Source: an uncultured bacterium (GTDB lineage: Bacteria > Actinomycetota > Thermoleophilia > Solirubrobacterales > 70-9). Taken from it: a stretch of 64,000 bases of DNA. The stretch is from the NCBI GenBank assembly GCA_963720685.1, contig CAVRGF010000008.1:89-64088 (forward strand), read 5' to 3'. The translations under genes were made by a program, and so were the position numbers. Each line of letters opens with the position of its first letter. The stretch's first letter is position 1. Of this stretch, positions 8,798-18,803 are shown piece after piece. The notes beneath the pieces were generated by a model. It was not told the DNA's origin and did not search any database. It saw nothing but the letters and a program-made list of their open reading frames with translations.

Positions 8798-10798
8798 ATG
8801 GGAATCGGTTGGCGCCCGGCGGCGCTTGCGATCGGTGTCACGATCGTTGTCCTCGCCCTGCCGGCGCTCGCCGGTGCTCACATCGAGCGCCCCGCCTACT
8901 GGCCCGACCCGAAGCCCGACACCGCGGTGACACCGGCGGCCGGAGGGAAGGTGCCCACCGCCAAGACGCTCGGCTCGGCGCTCAACGCGTCGCTTCCCGG
9001 CCACACCCTCGTGGTATGCCGGACGAACTCGATGTTCCTGGCTCGGCGGTCGATCCAGTCGGCGCGGAAGGACGGTTACAGGCTTCGCCCCACCACGAAG
9101 AACCATCGACTCTCGGCCGACGCGGCTGATCACCTGATCCAGCTGAACCAGCAGTTCCGTCACCGCTGCGCGTACCACTCGATCCAGAAGGCGGTCTTCG
9201 CCGCTCACAACAACGACTTCGTCGTCGTCATGCCCGGCGTCTACAGCGAGCCGGACTCGCGCGCCCAGCCCACCAACGATCCGGCCTGCCAGAAGTACCT
9301 CACCGACACAGACTTCGGCGGCGGCGGCCCGGTTGGCCTGTCGTACCGTTACCAATGGAACTGCCCGAACGACCAGGCGTTGGTCAACGTGCTCGGACGC
9401 CGCCCGGCCCCTGGCGCTCCGCCGCCGCCCCAGGCAGACCGCCACGGGATCCCCGACCTCGGGCCATGCGTGCGCTGCAACCTCCAGATCCAGGGGTCGG
9501 GGGCCAAGCCGGAGGACGTGGTGATCGATTCGGGCAAGGTCTCAGCAGGCAACGGCGGCCCGAGTGCCGTCGGGTCGAAGAAGGACGTCGCCCTGAAGGT
9601 CGACCGGGCCGATGGCTTCGTGCTCAAGAACATGACCATGCGGCACGCCCAGGAGCATGATCTCTACGTGCTCGAGACCGACGGCTACCTACTCGACCGG
9701 GTGAAGTTCTTCTACGCGGGCGAGTACGGGCAGCTCACCTTCGCCGACGACCACGGCCTGACCGAGAACTGCGAGGGGGTCGGAAACGGTGACTCGGCCG
9801 TCTACCCGGGCGGCGCCCCCGACACCGGCGACGACACCGCCCCGAACGCGCCTGACCCCCGGGACACATCGTTCTATCCCCGCCATCGCCTCAACCAGAA
9901 GATCACCCACTGCGACCTTCACCACAACAACCTCGGCTACTCGGGGACGATGGGGAACGCGACCCACGTCGTGCACAACAACTTCTATGGCAACACCACC
10001 GCCATCGCCACGGATTCATTCTTCGCCGGCGGCCATCCGGGATTCCCCCAGAACTCGTCGGTGTTCGAGAAGAACAACATCTATTCGAACAACTTCAACG
10101 ACTACCACTACCCGGCGAACTACCCGGACGACAAGAAGGTGGAATCGAGCGTCGGGGTGCCGGTCGGCACCGGGATCCTGATCGCGGGGGGAAACGATGA
10201 CCTCGTCCGCGGCAACCGGATCTACGACAACTGGCGCCGCGGAACGATGCTGCTCGCAGTGCCCGATGCACTCAGCTGTCCCCCGGGGAGCGAGACCTGC
10301 ACCTCCCAGAACCCCGCCTCGACCTCGTACGACACCGAGTACCACAACAACACCATGGGCCTGGCTCCGGGCGGCAAGGTGAAGCTGAACGGGGTGGACT
10401 TCTGGTGGGACGAGTTCCCGAACAACACCGGGGACTGCTGGTCGCACAACATCGGTCCCGACGGAACGAACGCGAGCTGGACGGGCGACCCGCAGCGATT
10501 CCCGCAGCACAACATGTCGGTGCCGCACTTTTTGCCCGAGGATTGCGCCACGAGCGTCGGCTCGGGCAACCCCGAGAAGGAGGCGGTGCTGGCGTACTGC
10601 GCCAATGCCTCGATCGGCGACACGAGCTGCGAGTGGTACACGGAGCCGCCGCGGCCCGCAAGCAAGGCGTCCGCGAAGTATCAGCTGGACGAGAAGCGCC
10701 GTGCGCGGGCGCTCGTCGCGGCGGGCCGATTCGCGGCCCCGGCCTGCGAGCTGGTCAGCACGACGCTGAGCTGCTCCGGATACGCGAACCGGCCGTGA
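8798..10798 (+). CDS. Secreted right-handed parallel beta-helix repeat protein
   Basis: Starting at ATG 8798 (MGIGWRPAALAIGVTIVVLALPALAGA) gives 666 aa. Repeated motifs of the type G..i.dN.i..N and hhNNxxG (HHNNLGYSG, VHNNFYGN, EKNNIYSNN, RGNRIYDN) are typical of pectate-lyase-fold beta-helices. Confidence 0.65.
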   Translation: MGIGWRPAALAIGVTIVVLALPALAGAHIERPAYWPDPKPDTAVTPAAGGKVPTAKTLGSALNASLPGHTLVVCRTNSMFLARRSIQSARKDGYRLRPTTKNHRLSADAADHLIQLNQQFRHRCAYHSIQKAVFAAHNNDFVVVMPGVYSEPDSRAQPTNDPACQKYLTDTDFGGGGPVGLSYRYQWNCPNDQALVNVLGRRPAPGAPPPPQADRHGIPDLGPCVRCNLQIQGSGAKPEDVVIDSGKVSAGNGGPSAVGSKKDVALKVDRADGFVLKNMTMRHAQEHDLYVLETDGYLLDRVKFFYAGEYGQLTFADDHGLTENCEGVGNGDSAVYPGGAPDTGDDTAPNAPDPRDTSFYPRHRLNQKITHCDLHHNNLGYSGTMGNATHVVHNNFYGNTTAIATDSFFAGGHPGFPQNSSVFEKNNIYSNNFNDYHYPANYPDDKKVESSVGVPVGTGILIAGGNDDLVRGNRIYDNWRRGTMLLAVPDALSCPPGSETCTSQNPASTSYDTEYHNNTMGLAPGGKVKLNGVDFWWDEFPNNTGDCWSHNIGPDGTNASWTGDPQRFPQHNMSVPHFLPEDCATSVGSGNPEKEAVLAYCANASIGDTSCEWYTEPPRPASKASAKYQLDEKRRARALVAAGRFAAPACELVSTTLSCSGYANRP

Positions 10799-11295
10799 AG
10801 CCGCCGTACGCCGAAGGGGTCGCGACCGGCGGCTGGCCCGGCGTCGGCGTTCCCGCCGCGCGCTCGCGCCGCGTTCGGCGGCTGATCGGCACGCTCAGCG
10901 AGCGTACGCGGCTCATCTGGCTGGCAGCGGTCGTGCTCGTGGCGGCGCTGGCGGCGGCGGCGTACGTCGCCGAGCGCCCGGGCGGGGGGACCCCGGTGGG
11001 GGCCTCGCACGGCACCGCCTTCCTCGGAACCGCCACCTGCGCCGACTGGCAGGGCGCGGGCGATTCCCGAAGGCTGGCGATCATCGGTGCTCTCGCGACA
11101 GCGGCCACCCAACCCGACCCCGAGAACCCGGGCGCGACGCTCTCGCGGGGATCCGCCTACGGGCTCTTCCAGCGCGCCTGCCGGACGGCGGCCTCTCGGC
11201 ACGTGCTCCTCTACGAGGCATACAACCGGGCCGCGTCGTTCTCCGCCCCGCACATGGCGCAGAGCGCCAGCTGGGGCTCTTCAGCCCGTCGCTAG
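10795..11295 (+). CDS. Single-pass membrane protein, unknown function
   Basis: GTG 10795 overlaps the upstream TGA (GTGA), suggesting translational coupling. 166 aa with TM LIWLAAVVLVAALAAAAYV. The 296-aa track ORF upstream part lies inside the previous CDS. Confidence 0.5.
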   Translation: MKPPYAEGVATGGWPGVGVPAARSRRVRRLIGTLSERTRLIWLAAVVLVAALAAAAYVAERPGGGTPVGASHGTAFLGTATCADWQGAGDSRRLAIIGALATAATQPDPENPGATLSRGSAYGLFQRACRTAASRHVLLYEAYNRAASFSAPHMAQSASWGSSARR

Positions 11296-11432
11296 ATCAG
11301 CTGGCTCGCCCGAGGCCCGGCTGGAGGATCGTCCCGGCCCCTTTTGTCGCGCTCGTGACGAGCCGATAAGACGGGTAGCATCGTCGCGACGCCGAGGGCC
11401 GCGGCGAGGACGGTCAGCTGCTTCGCCGGCCA

Positions 11433-13253
11433 GTGATCTTGCGACCAGAAACACCGGTTCGATCACCGGCCTCTGCCGGTCCGCTCGCCGTCGCCCTCGT
11501 CGTGGCCGTCTTCGCGCTCGATCTGATCTGGAGCCTCGTCTCGAGCTCCACGGCCCCGACGGAGTTCGCGCTCGTGGACGAGCCCGTCCACCTCGCGACG
11601 ACCCTCGTGTTCCTGATCGCCCTGGTCACGCTGGTGGAGTCGCGCCGGCCCGCGCCGGCCTTCATCGCAGCCGCGGTCGTTGCAGGCGTGGCGATCGACC
11701 TCGACCACCTCCCCGGGCTGCTGGGGTGGAACGGGCTGACCGCCGGGGTCCCCCGGCCCTACACGCACTCCCTCGTCACGCCGCTTGTCCTGATCGCGGT
11801 CGGGGCGCTGGTGGGAGGACGGGCCAGGCCGATCGCGTTCGGAGCCGCGTTCGGGGTCGGGGCCCATCTGTTCCGCGACCTGTGCACGGGCCCGGGCCTG
11901 GCGCTTGCATGGCCGGTTTCGAGCGAGGTGGTCCGGCTCTCCTATGCCGTCTTCGCCACGGGGCTCATCGCCGCGGCCGCGGCGGTCGTCGCCGCGGGTC
12001 GGCGAGGCCGGGCCCCGGCGAGCAGGGTGGGCGCCCCGCTGCGCACGCGCCGCCCGTCTCGGCTTCTGCCGGGCTTGCTGGCGCTCGCCGTGGGCGTGGT
12101 CGTCGCGGTGGCGCCGGATCACGCCCAGGCGTCACCGACTGCGTTCGGCGTCTACCTCCCCGGTGCGGACCAACGGCCCTCCCTGCTCGACTCGTTCGGC
12201 GCTCGGGTCGGCCGTGAGCCGGCGATCGTCAGCTCATACAAGCGCTGGCGCCTGCCCCCGTTCCCTCGCGGCGAGCTGCAAGCCGCCTGGGGCCGGGGCG
12301 CGGTTCCCCTCGTCACCTGGGAGCCCTGGACCGCGGACGCGCGGGGATTCTCGCTGCGGCGGATCGCCGACGGCGCCTACGACGATTACGCTCGGCGGGC
12401 GGCGAGATCCGCCGCCGCGTGGGGGCACCCGATCCTGCTGCGCTTCGCGCACGAGATGAACGGCACCTGGTATCCGTGGGGTCGCGGGATGGACGGGAGC
12501 ACACCCGCCGTCTACCGGGCCGCGTGGCGCCATCTGGTCCAGATCTTTCGCTCCGCTGGGGCCACGAACGTCAGGTGGGTGTGGACGCCCAACGTGGACG
12601 GCGGCGGCCAGTACCCGTTTCGCGCCTACTACCCCGGCGACAGGTGGGTGGACTGGGTGGGCCTGGACGGGTTCAACTGGGCGAGGAGGGGCGAATGGGA
12701 GTCGTTCACCGACCTGTTCGGCGCCTCCTATGACACGCTCTCCCACCTCACCTCTCGACCCATGATCATCGCCGAGACCGGCTCGAGCCAAAGCGGCGGC
12801 GACAAGGCCCAATGGGTCGCCAGCGCTCTCGGGAGCGAGATCCCCGGGTTCGCCAGGGTGCGCGCCGTGGTCTGGTTCAGCGACCGGGTCGGCGACGTCG
12901 ATTTTCGAATCGATAGCTCCAGGTCTTCGCTGAAGGCGTTTCGGTCCGGGATCGCCACCCGCCGCTATGGCCTGGGCCGCAGCGCCCTCCTCAAGACGCC
13001 CGCTGAGGTGAGGGGCCCGTCATCGGCGCCGCCTGCGCCGAGCGGTGGCTTCGGCCAACCGTCCCTTGCGTACAGGCTGACCCAGAAGCTCCATGGGCGA
13101 TATCTGTTCGTCGCCATCGGGTTGGGAGCAGCGGCGATCGCTCTCGGAGCGCTCGTCATCGTGCACCTCAGAAGGCGTAGGCGTGCGCGGATGACGCCGT
13201 CGGAGCCGTCGAACCCGGGAAGGCGCACCGGAGGCCCAGAGCCCCAGAAGTAG
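11433..13253 (+). CDS. Fusion protein: YdjM-like membrane metal-hydrolase domain + GH26 glycoside hydrolase + C-terminal TM anchor
   Basis: 606 aa. The N-terminal ~190 aa are polytopic with DLDHLPG and HS motifs. The central domain has FAHEMNGTWYPWG (acid/base Glu) and IIAETGS (nucleophile Glu), typical of GH26 beta-mannanase-type enzymes. The C-terminal helix is YLFVAIGLGAAAIALGALVIV followed by RRRRR. Confidence 0.7.
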   Translation: MILRPETPVRSPASAGPLAVALVVAVFALDLIWSLVSSSTAPTEFALVDEPVHLATTLVFLIALVTLVESRRPAPAFIAAAVVAGVAIDLDHLPGLLGWNGLTAGVPRPYTHSLVTPLVLIAVGALVGGRARPIAFGAAFGVGAHLFRDLCTGPGLALAWPVSSEVVRLSYAVFATGLIAAAAAVVAAGRRGRAPASRVGAPLRTRRPSRLLPGLLALAVGVVVAVAPDHAQASPTAFGVYLPGADQRPSLLDSFGARVGREPAIVSSYKRWRLPPFPRGELQAAWGRGAVPLVTWEPWTADARGFSLRRIADGAYDDYARRAARSAAAWGHPILLRFAHEMNGTWYPWGRGMDGSTPAVYRAAWRHLVQIFRSAGATNVRWVWTPNVDGGGQYPFRAYYPGDRWVDWVGLDGFNWARRGEWESFTDLFGASYDTLSHLTSRPMIIAETGSSQSGGDKAQWVASALGSEIPGFARVRAVVWFSDRVGDVDFRIDSSRSSLKAFRSGIATRRYGLGRSALLKTPAEVRGPSSAPPAPSGGFGQPSLAYRLTQKLHGRYLFVAIGLGAAAIALGALVIVHLRRRRRARMTPSEPSNPGRRTGGPEPQK

Positions 13254-13256
13254 CGT

Positions 13257-13287
13257 TTTGCCGAGCGCGAGGCGCCCGCGCGGGCAA
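13257..13287 (+). terminator. Weak GC hairpin after the GH26 fusion gene
   Basis: ttgcc-ga-gcgcg-aggcgcc-cgcgc-g-ggcaa: 5+5 bp with a bulge, directly after stop 13253. Confidence 0.3.
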
Positions 13288-13359
13288 ATCCCTCCTACAG
13301 GCGTCCAGCAGGCACGGTCGACGTGGGGTTGAACCCGGGTCGAGTCGAGTGGAATAGAG

Positions 13360-14652
13360 GTGCACGGATCCGCGCTTCTTAACCGCCGAACTCTTCTCGT
13401 GATGCTCGTGGCCTGCTCGGCTCTCGCGTTCACGGTCGTCCGCCCCGCTCACGCAGCGGCGGCGCCGATCCAGCTCGGCGCATACGTTCCGAATGCCCCC
13501 GAGGACGGCAACGCGCTCGACGACTACGCCGCCATGGTGGGGGGCATGCCGGGGATCGTCATGAAGTACAGCAACGTCACCGACCCGCTCCTCACCCCGA
13601 CTGAGATCTCCAACCTTCAGTCCCGTGATGAGGCCGCGATGGTGACCTGGCAGCTCTACAAGTCCGGGTGGAGCGGCCCCACGATCTCGCTGTCGGATAT
13701 CGCCGCCGGCGACTATGACCGCGATCTGCGCCGCGCCGCGGACCTGGCGAAGACGCTTCCGTTTGAGGTGATGATCCGCTTCGGCCACGAGATGAACGGC
13801 GACTGGTACCCGTGGAGCGGCAAGCCCTCCGCCTACGTTGCGGCATGGCGCCACAGCGTTTCGGTCTTCAGGCACGAGGGTGCCGACAACGTCAAATGGG
13901 TCTGGTCGCCGAACGTCGAGCAGGGCAGCTACCCGTTCGCTCGTTACTTCCCGGGCGACGCCTGGGTCGACTACGTGGGCCTCGACGGCTACAACTGGGG
14001 CACGTCTGGAGTCGGGACCAACCGATGGCAGAGCCTGTCTCAGGTCTTCGCCGCCTCGTACAAGCATCTGACCGAGATGAGCAGCAAGCCGGTGATCATC
14101 TGCGAGACGTCCTCCAGCGATGCCGGCGGCGATAAGGCGCAGTGGATCCGAAACGGCCTCCTGAAGACGATCCCGCAGGATTTCCCCCGCGTGCGAGCGG
14201 TCATGTGGTTCGACCGCTCGATGGAGCAGGACTGGCGGGTCAACTCCTCCCAGGCCTCCTTGGAGGCGTTTCGAAGCGTCGTCTCGAGCTCGGTCTACGG
14301 CGGCCCGGACCCCGCACCCACCGCCTCGGCGGCCAGCGCAGCGGTGCGAAAGCTTCGGGTGACGCGATCACGGACGAGCGCAGGCACGACGTCGCGAGCC
14401 CCGCTTCGCGCCAAGGTGGTCTATGGGCTGTCCAGACGGGCCCCGGTGCGGATCGCCGTGCGCGGCACTCGTGACGGCTCGATAAAGAGGGCCGTCACGA
14501 TTCGCAAGGCGAAGCAGAGGGGTCGCATCTCGCTTTCCAAGGTGGTGGGCAGAAGCCGCATTCGGCGCGGCAGGTATTGCGTCGTGGCGAAGGTCGCCGG
14601 GCCGGGAGCGCGCCACTCGAAGGCGCGACAGGTCCGGTTCCGAGTCGTCTAG
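13360..14652 (+). CDS. Secreted GH26-family glycoside hydrolase (paralog of 11433-13253 catalytic domain)
   Basis: 430 aa, GTG start, signal-like LLVMLVACSALAFTVVRPAHAAAAP. Motifs FGHEMNGDWYPWSG and IICETSS. Basic Ser/Arg-rich C-terminal tail. Confidence 0.75.
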   Translation: MHGSALLNRRTLLVMLVACSALAFTVVRPAHAAAAPIQLGAYVPNAPEDGNALDDYAAMVGGMPGIVMKYSNVTDPLLTPTEISNLQSRDEAAMVTWQLYKSGWSGPTISLSDIAAGDYDRDLRRAADLAKTLPFEVMIRFGHEMNGDWYPWSGKPSAYVAAWRHSVSVFRHEGADNVKWVWSPNVEQGSYPFARYFPGDAWVDYVGLDGYNWGTSGVGTNRWQSLSQVFAASYKHLTEMSSKPVIICETSSSDAGGDKAQWIRNGLLKTIPQDFPRVRAVMWFDRSMEQDWRVNSSQASLEAFRSVVSSSVYGGPDPAPTASAASAAVRKLRVTRSRTSAGTTSRAPLRAKVVYGLSRRAPVRIAVRGTRDGSIKRAVTIRKAKQRGRISLSKVVGRSRIRRGRYCVVAKVAGPGARHSKARQVRFRVV

Positions 14653-14669
14653 CGGGCGGGCCGCTCGAG

Positions 14670-16040
14670 TCAGAGTCGCTCGAAGGTCGGAGCGTCGAGA
14701 GCCGCCAGCGCCGCCAGCTCCTCGTCGGTGTCGAGCCGAGGTTCCTCGGCGTCATCGGGCCGCAGGCCTTCGATCACGTCCCTGGCCATCACGAGCGCCT
14801 CGACGCACAGTCCCGCCAGCCACCCCCACGCGACACCGTCGAGGCCGCCCAGCATTGCGCCGGCCGCGCCGCCCCCGAGCTCGAGGACCGTGCCGCCCCA
14901 GACGACGGGGAGCGCCGACCTGAGCCGCTTGTGCACCCGATGGATCGCGACGTAGTGCGTCTTGAAGGTGAGCGGGAACACGCCGAGCGCCAGGATGTGA
15001 AGCGTCGTCGTCGCCTGGTCGGCGTAGCTGGGGCCGAAGATCGCCAGGGCAGGTGACGCCGCGGGGATCAGCACCAGGTTTGCGATCAGCCCGAACCCGA
15101 GCGAGATCGCGAACGTGAACCTGAACCGCCGCGCGAGGCCGGCCGCGTCGGCCGATCCAATCGCGTAGGCGACCATGCTCAGCGCAAGCGGGACCATGAC
15201 CAGGAAGCCGGCGATCATCCAGGCGATGTAGAAGCTCGCGTTGGCGCTTGCTGAGAGGAGCACGACGACCAGGATCGGCATCACGAGGTCGGCGGTCTCG
15301 AGCGCCAGGTTGACCGCCGCGTGAGAGGCGGCCGAGGCCCGCATCTGGATCAGCAGGCCGAAGTTCGGCCGCAGCCCCTCTCCGTCGCGCCTCGCGTAGA
15401 CGCGAACCAGGACGAGCAGTGAGACCGCGATCCCGGCGCCCCAGGCGGTGTAGATCCATGGCGCGCCGGCATTCGAGGCCAGCACCGCGATCGCGACGAG
15501 CGCGACCAGCTTGATCAATGCGAAGACGACGTTCCGGATCAGCTGGAGGCCGCCGTGCAGCATCCCGATCATCGCCTGGTCGAGGACGAAGGCGAGCGCG
15601 GTGAGACCGACCCCCGCCGCGAAGAAGACGGTCGAGGGAACGCTCTCGCCGATTGCTCCGAGGTTCGAGGAGACCAGGGGGGCGATCAGGGCGAAGGTGA
15701 GCCCCAAGACCGAGCCCGCCGCCATGTTGATCAGGAGGGCGGCGTTCAGGAGCGAGTGATGGTGATCGTCCCGGCTCGGCAGCTCACCCATCAGGAGCGT
15801 CCCCAGTCCGAGCGTCCCCATGAACCCCAGCAGGGTCATCGCGGCGACCGCCGCACTCGCCACCCCGACGGCGCTCTGGCTGAAGTTGTGCGCGGCCACC
15901 AGCCAGAACACGACGCCGAGCATTGACGTGATCAGGGTCGTGCCGACCATCGATCCGGCGTTGGTGAGCAGGGTGCGATTGGATCCCGCCATGGCTCGGA
16001 TTCGCTCTGTCAGGCTCGTCCAGCCCGCCGGGAGCCTCAT
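14670..16040 (-). CDS. Polysaccharide/oligosaccharide flippase (MOP superfamily, Wzx-like)
   Basis: 456 aa with 12 or more TM helices. N-terminus ..NRTLLTNAGSMVGTTLITSMLGVVFW is typical of Polysacc_synt proteins. ATG overlaps the upstream stop (ATGA at 16037-16040). Confidence 0.7.
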   Translation of the reverse strand: MRLPAGWTSLTERIRAMAGSNRTLLTNAGSMVGTTLITSMLGVVFWLVAAHNFSQSAVGVASAAVAAMTLLGFMGTLGLGTLLMGELPSRDDHHHSLLNAALLINMAAGSVLGLTFALIAPLVSSNLGAIGESVPSTVFFAAGVGLTALAFVLDQAMIGMLHGGLQLIRNVVFALIKLVALVAIAVLASNAGAPWIYTAWGAGIAVSLLVLVRVYARRDGEGLRPNFGLLIQMRASAASHAAVNLALETADLVMPILVVVLLSASANASFYIAWMIAGFLVMVPLALSMVAYAIGSADAAGLARRFRFTFAISLGFGLIANLVLIPAASPALAIFGPSYADQATTTLHILALGVFPLTFKTHYVAIHRVHKRLRSALPVVWGGTVLELGGGAAGAMLGGLDGVAWGWLAGLCVEALVMARDVIEGLRPDDAEEPRLDTDEELAALAALDAPTFERL

Positions 16041-18022
16041 CCCGACCTCAGTCCCGAAGTGGAGTAGATGGCGATCGGGCCGTTGACGAAGACCTTGCTC
16101 AGCCCGCGCGCGCCATTGAACTTGGTGAGTGGGGCCGGGCTGATCGGCTTGGTGCGGCTGAATGCGCCCGCCTCGTCGGGCTCGACGTAGTAGCCGAGCA
16201 CCGGAAGCTCCCGGCTGAGGCGGCGGTCGACCACGATGTAGTCGATCAGGTCGTCCTTGATCGCCTGTCGGTCGCGCCGGTCGAATCGCCTGCTGAACAG
16301 GACCCGCGTGACCGGGGTTCCGTTGATCCGTCCGAAGACGGGATTCAGGTCGCCGTAGGAGGTCATCAGCGTGCCGTTGGATCGATCGACCAGAACCCGG
16401 CTGTGCGGGGGCAGGTTGTCGGCCGCGAACCGCGCTGCGTCCACGCCCTGGGGGCTGATCGAGCGGTCCTCGGCGCCGACGAGAAAGGGTCCGGGCTGCC
16501 TGGTCGCCGGCAGCTCACCGATGATGAATCCGCCCAGGAAGACCACCACCGCGACCGCGGTCAGCGCCAGGGCCGTGGCGTTGCGCCTCAACCACCGTTT
16601 GGGCCAGCGGAAGTTGCAGAGCACGACGCCGGCGAAGAACGCGACCCCGACGAATACGAACTCCGACGCACGCTGTGAGGTCTCCGACCCGGCCTGGGTC
16701 AGACGCATTGCGAGAGTCACCGGATAGAGCACCGCCGTCAGGGCCAGGACTCGCCACAGCGGACTGGAATCGGGGGCCCGCCACGTCCGCCTCAGGCCGA
16801 GCGGGATCAGGGCGAGCAGGGGGATCACCGACCCGATCGCGAGCGCCCGCGCTCCCAGGGTGTTGCTCTGCCCGCTCCCCGTGAAGAGGGTCTTCGATCC
16901 GGAGCCGCCGAACACCAGCCGCAGCGTGGAGTCGACCGCCCCGGTGATCACCTTGCCGAGCTCGGCGATCGTGACGGCGCCGGCGGCCAAGGCGAACCAC
17001 GTCACCGCCATCCCCACCATCAGGAGCGCGGGGAGCCCAGGACCGTCGAGGAACGGACGCCGTTGTGCCACCAAGGCCCCGCCGCCATTGGCCCCGAGCC
17101 CGGCGCCGCGCGTCACGGCGCCGGCCTTGCGAGCGGCGAGGACGGTGAGCGCCGTCCAGGCGGCCAGGAAGGCGAGCAGCGCGTACGAGCTCATGTGATG
17201 GGTGATCGTCACCGTGGCCGCCAGCAGCGCCATCGCCGCGACGAGCCCGCGCACGGGACGCGGTCCATCCGGCCACTCGGGCTCCGACCAGCGGACGGTG
17301 ACGAGCAGCAGGGTTGCCGCGATCATCAGCGCCAGTGACTCGTAGGCGAACTGGGCGTCGAAGTAGAGGAAGCTGGGGTTGCAGGCGTAGACGGCGACCC
17401 CTATGCCCCCGGCGCGGGCCGATCGGGTGACCCGCTCGATGAGCAGGAACAGCACGAGGACGAACGTCAGCCGGGCGAGTCCCAGGACGACCAGGCCCGC
17501 GTGGAAGATGCTGAGCCCGGCCAGCTGGGCAACGGACGCGGTCAGGGCCTCGAGGCCCGGGAAGCCCGCGGTGCTCACGATCAGCGGGTTGGCCGTCAGC
17601 AGGTGGCCGGTCAGGAGCACTTCGTTGGTGGCGCGCCATGTGCCCAGCTCGTCGAAGCGAACGAACCCGGCCGGACTGGCCAGGATCTTGACGGCGAACA
17701 GGGAAACGCCCAGGATGCCCACGAGCGCGATCCGCTCCGCTCGCGACGCGGACGTCGAGAGGAGGCGGAAGACGACCGGCGCGTAGATCGCCACCAGGCC
17801 ACCCCAGAAGAGGGGCTGCGCGCCGGTCGCGCCCTGGCGCGCCGCGTCGTTGCCGTGGGCGATCATCACCAGGCCGCCGGCGGCGAGGAGGGCGATGGCC
17901 GGTGCAGCGCCAAGCCGCCAGTGCATCCCCGTGCCGGGCTTCGGCCGGGCAACCCGGCGCGCCCGCGGGCGGTGCTTGGCCGCAGGGCGCTGGGCGCCGG
18001 GGTCGCGCGTCCTCAGGAGCAT
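16037..18022 (-). CDS. Large polytopic membrane protein (GT-C / polymerase-like) of the glycan operon
   Basis: Starting at ATG 18022, which shares one nt with the upstream TGA (TGATG), gives 661 aa. About 12-14 TM helices plus a ~150-aa soluble C-terminal domain. The 826-aa track ORF N-terminus is Arg/Pro-rich and overlaps the previous gene. Function is inferred from context only. Confidence 0.5.
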   Translation of the reverse strand: MLLRTRDPGAQRPAAKHRPRARRVARPKPGTGMHWRLGAAPAIALLAAGGLVMIAHGNDAARQGATGAQPLFWGGLVAIYAPVVFRLLSTSASRAERIALVGILGVSLFAVKILASPAGFVRFDELGTWRATNEVLLTGHLLTANPLIVSTAGFPGLEALTASVAQLAGLSIFHAGLVVLGLARLTFVLVLFLLIERVTRSARAGGIGVAVYACNPSFLYFDAQFAYESLALMIAATLLLVTVRWSEPEWPDGPRPVRGLVAAMALLAATVTITHHMSSYALLAFLAAWTALTVLAARKAGAVTRGAGLGANGGGALVAQRRPFLDGPGLPALLMVGMAVTWFALAAGAVTIAELGKVITGAVDSTLRLVFGGSGSKTLFTGSGQSNTLGARALAIGSVIPLLALIPLGLRRTWRAPDSSPLWRVLALTAVLYPVTLAMRLTQAGSETSQRASEFVFVGVAFFAGVVLCNFRWPKRWLRRNATALALTAVAVVVFLGGFIIGELPATRQPGPFLVGAEDRSISPQGVDAARFAADNLPPHSRVLVDRSNGTLMTSYGDLNPVFGRINGTPVTRVLFSRRFDRRDRQAIKDDLIDYIVVDRRLSRELPVLGYYVEPDEAGAFSRTKPISPAPLTKFNGARGLSKVFVNGPIAIYSTSGLRSG

Positions 18023-18801
18023 CAGCCGCCGTCCCCAAGCCGGAGGGCGACACGGTGGTAGCGCCGTCCGCCATGGTCGAGCCGGGCTGTAAGCGGCCCC
18101 GCGCCCGAGATCGCCTCGGCGGCCAGCTGTGCCTGCCAATCCTGGTTTGCCTCGAGGCGAAGCCGCCATTGCCGGATCGTTCGGCCACCTCGCATCACGC
18201 TCAAGCTGTACGCAGCCGTTCGCCCCTCGTGATTCGAGACGCCGACATTGACCGGCGAGGAGGTCTGCGAGGGACCGACAGGGACCAGCCACAGAGAGGA
18301 GAAGTGGGCGTCGTCGGCCTGCCGATGGGCGCCCTCGGTCGCGATCGCGATCGCCCAGCCGCCGATTCCGACCGCGGCGAGCATCGCCAGCAACGAGACC
18401 ACGCCGATGCGAGGGATGCGAAGGGTGGGCTGCTCGGTGTCGGCTGGCATTCCGTCTCGCCGCCGGAGCGCCACGACGGAGGCGAGCACCGTGACGAGGG
18501 CCAGCAGCGTGGCCCACACCGGGCGGTCGAGTGGGATCGCGAGCTGCACGATCAAGCCGCCGACGGCGGACACGCCAACGCTGAACGCAACGCTCAAGAC
18601 GAGGCGAAGGTCCAGGCGGATCTCCCCGGGCAGGAAGAGCGCGCAGGTCAGCGCGTAGCCGGGGAGGATCAGGACGAGGGGCAGGAGCACGGCGTCACGG
18701 GCCGGCCCGCTGGCCGGCGACAATGCCACGGCGAACCCGACCGCGGTGCATGCCAGCACTGCCGTCAGGTCTCCCCACCAGGGCGCCGACAACCGCCGCA
18801 C
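18022..18801 (-). CDS. DUF1616-like membrane protein
   Basis: 259 aa, GTG start. The N-terminal helices with LVLILPGYALTCALFLPGE match my memory of the DUF1616 signature (PGYAL). Four TM helices plus a C-terminal beta-rich domain. Confidence 0.5.
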   Translation of the reverse strand: MRRLSAPWWGDLTAVLACTAVGFAVALSPASGPARDAVLLPLVLILPGYALTCALFLPGEIRLDLRLVLSVAFSVGVSAVGGLIVQLAIPLDRPVWATLLALVTVLASVVALRRRDGMPADTEQPTLRIPRIGVVSLLAMLAAVGIGGWAIAIATEGAHRQADDAHFSSLWLVPVGPSQTSSPVNVGVSNHEGRTAAYSLSVMRGGRTIRQWRLRLEANQDWQAQLAAEAISGAGPLTARLDHGGRRYHRVALRLGDGG

Positions 18802-18803
18802 GA

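Noticed and set aside
18023-18517. N-terminal extensions of track ORFs 16037-18517, 18804-22079 and 21416-22678.
   Set aside because: The extensions are Arg/Pro-rich and overlap the preceding genes. Internal ATGs at 18022, 21419 and 22423 give 1- or 4-nt stop/start overlaps and sensible N-termini.
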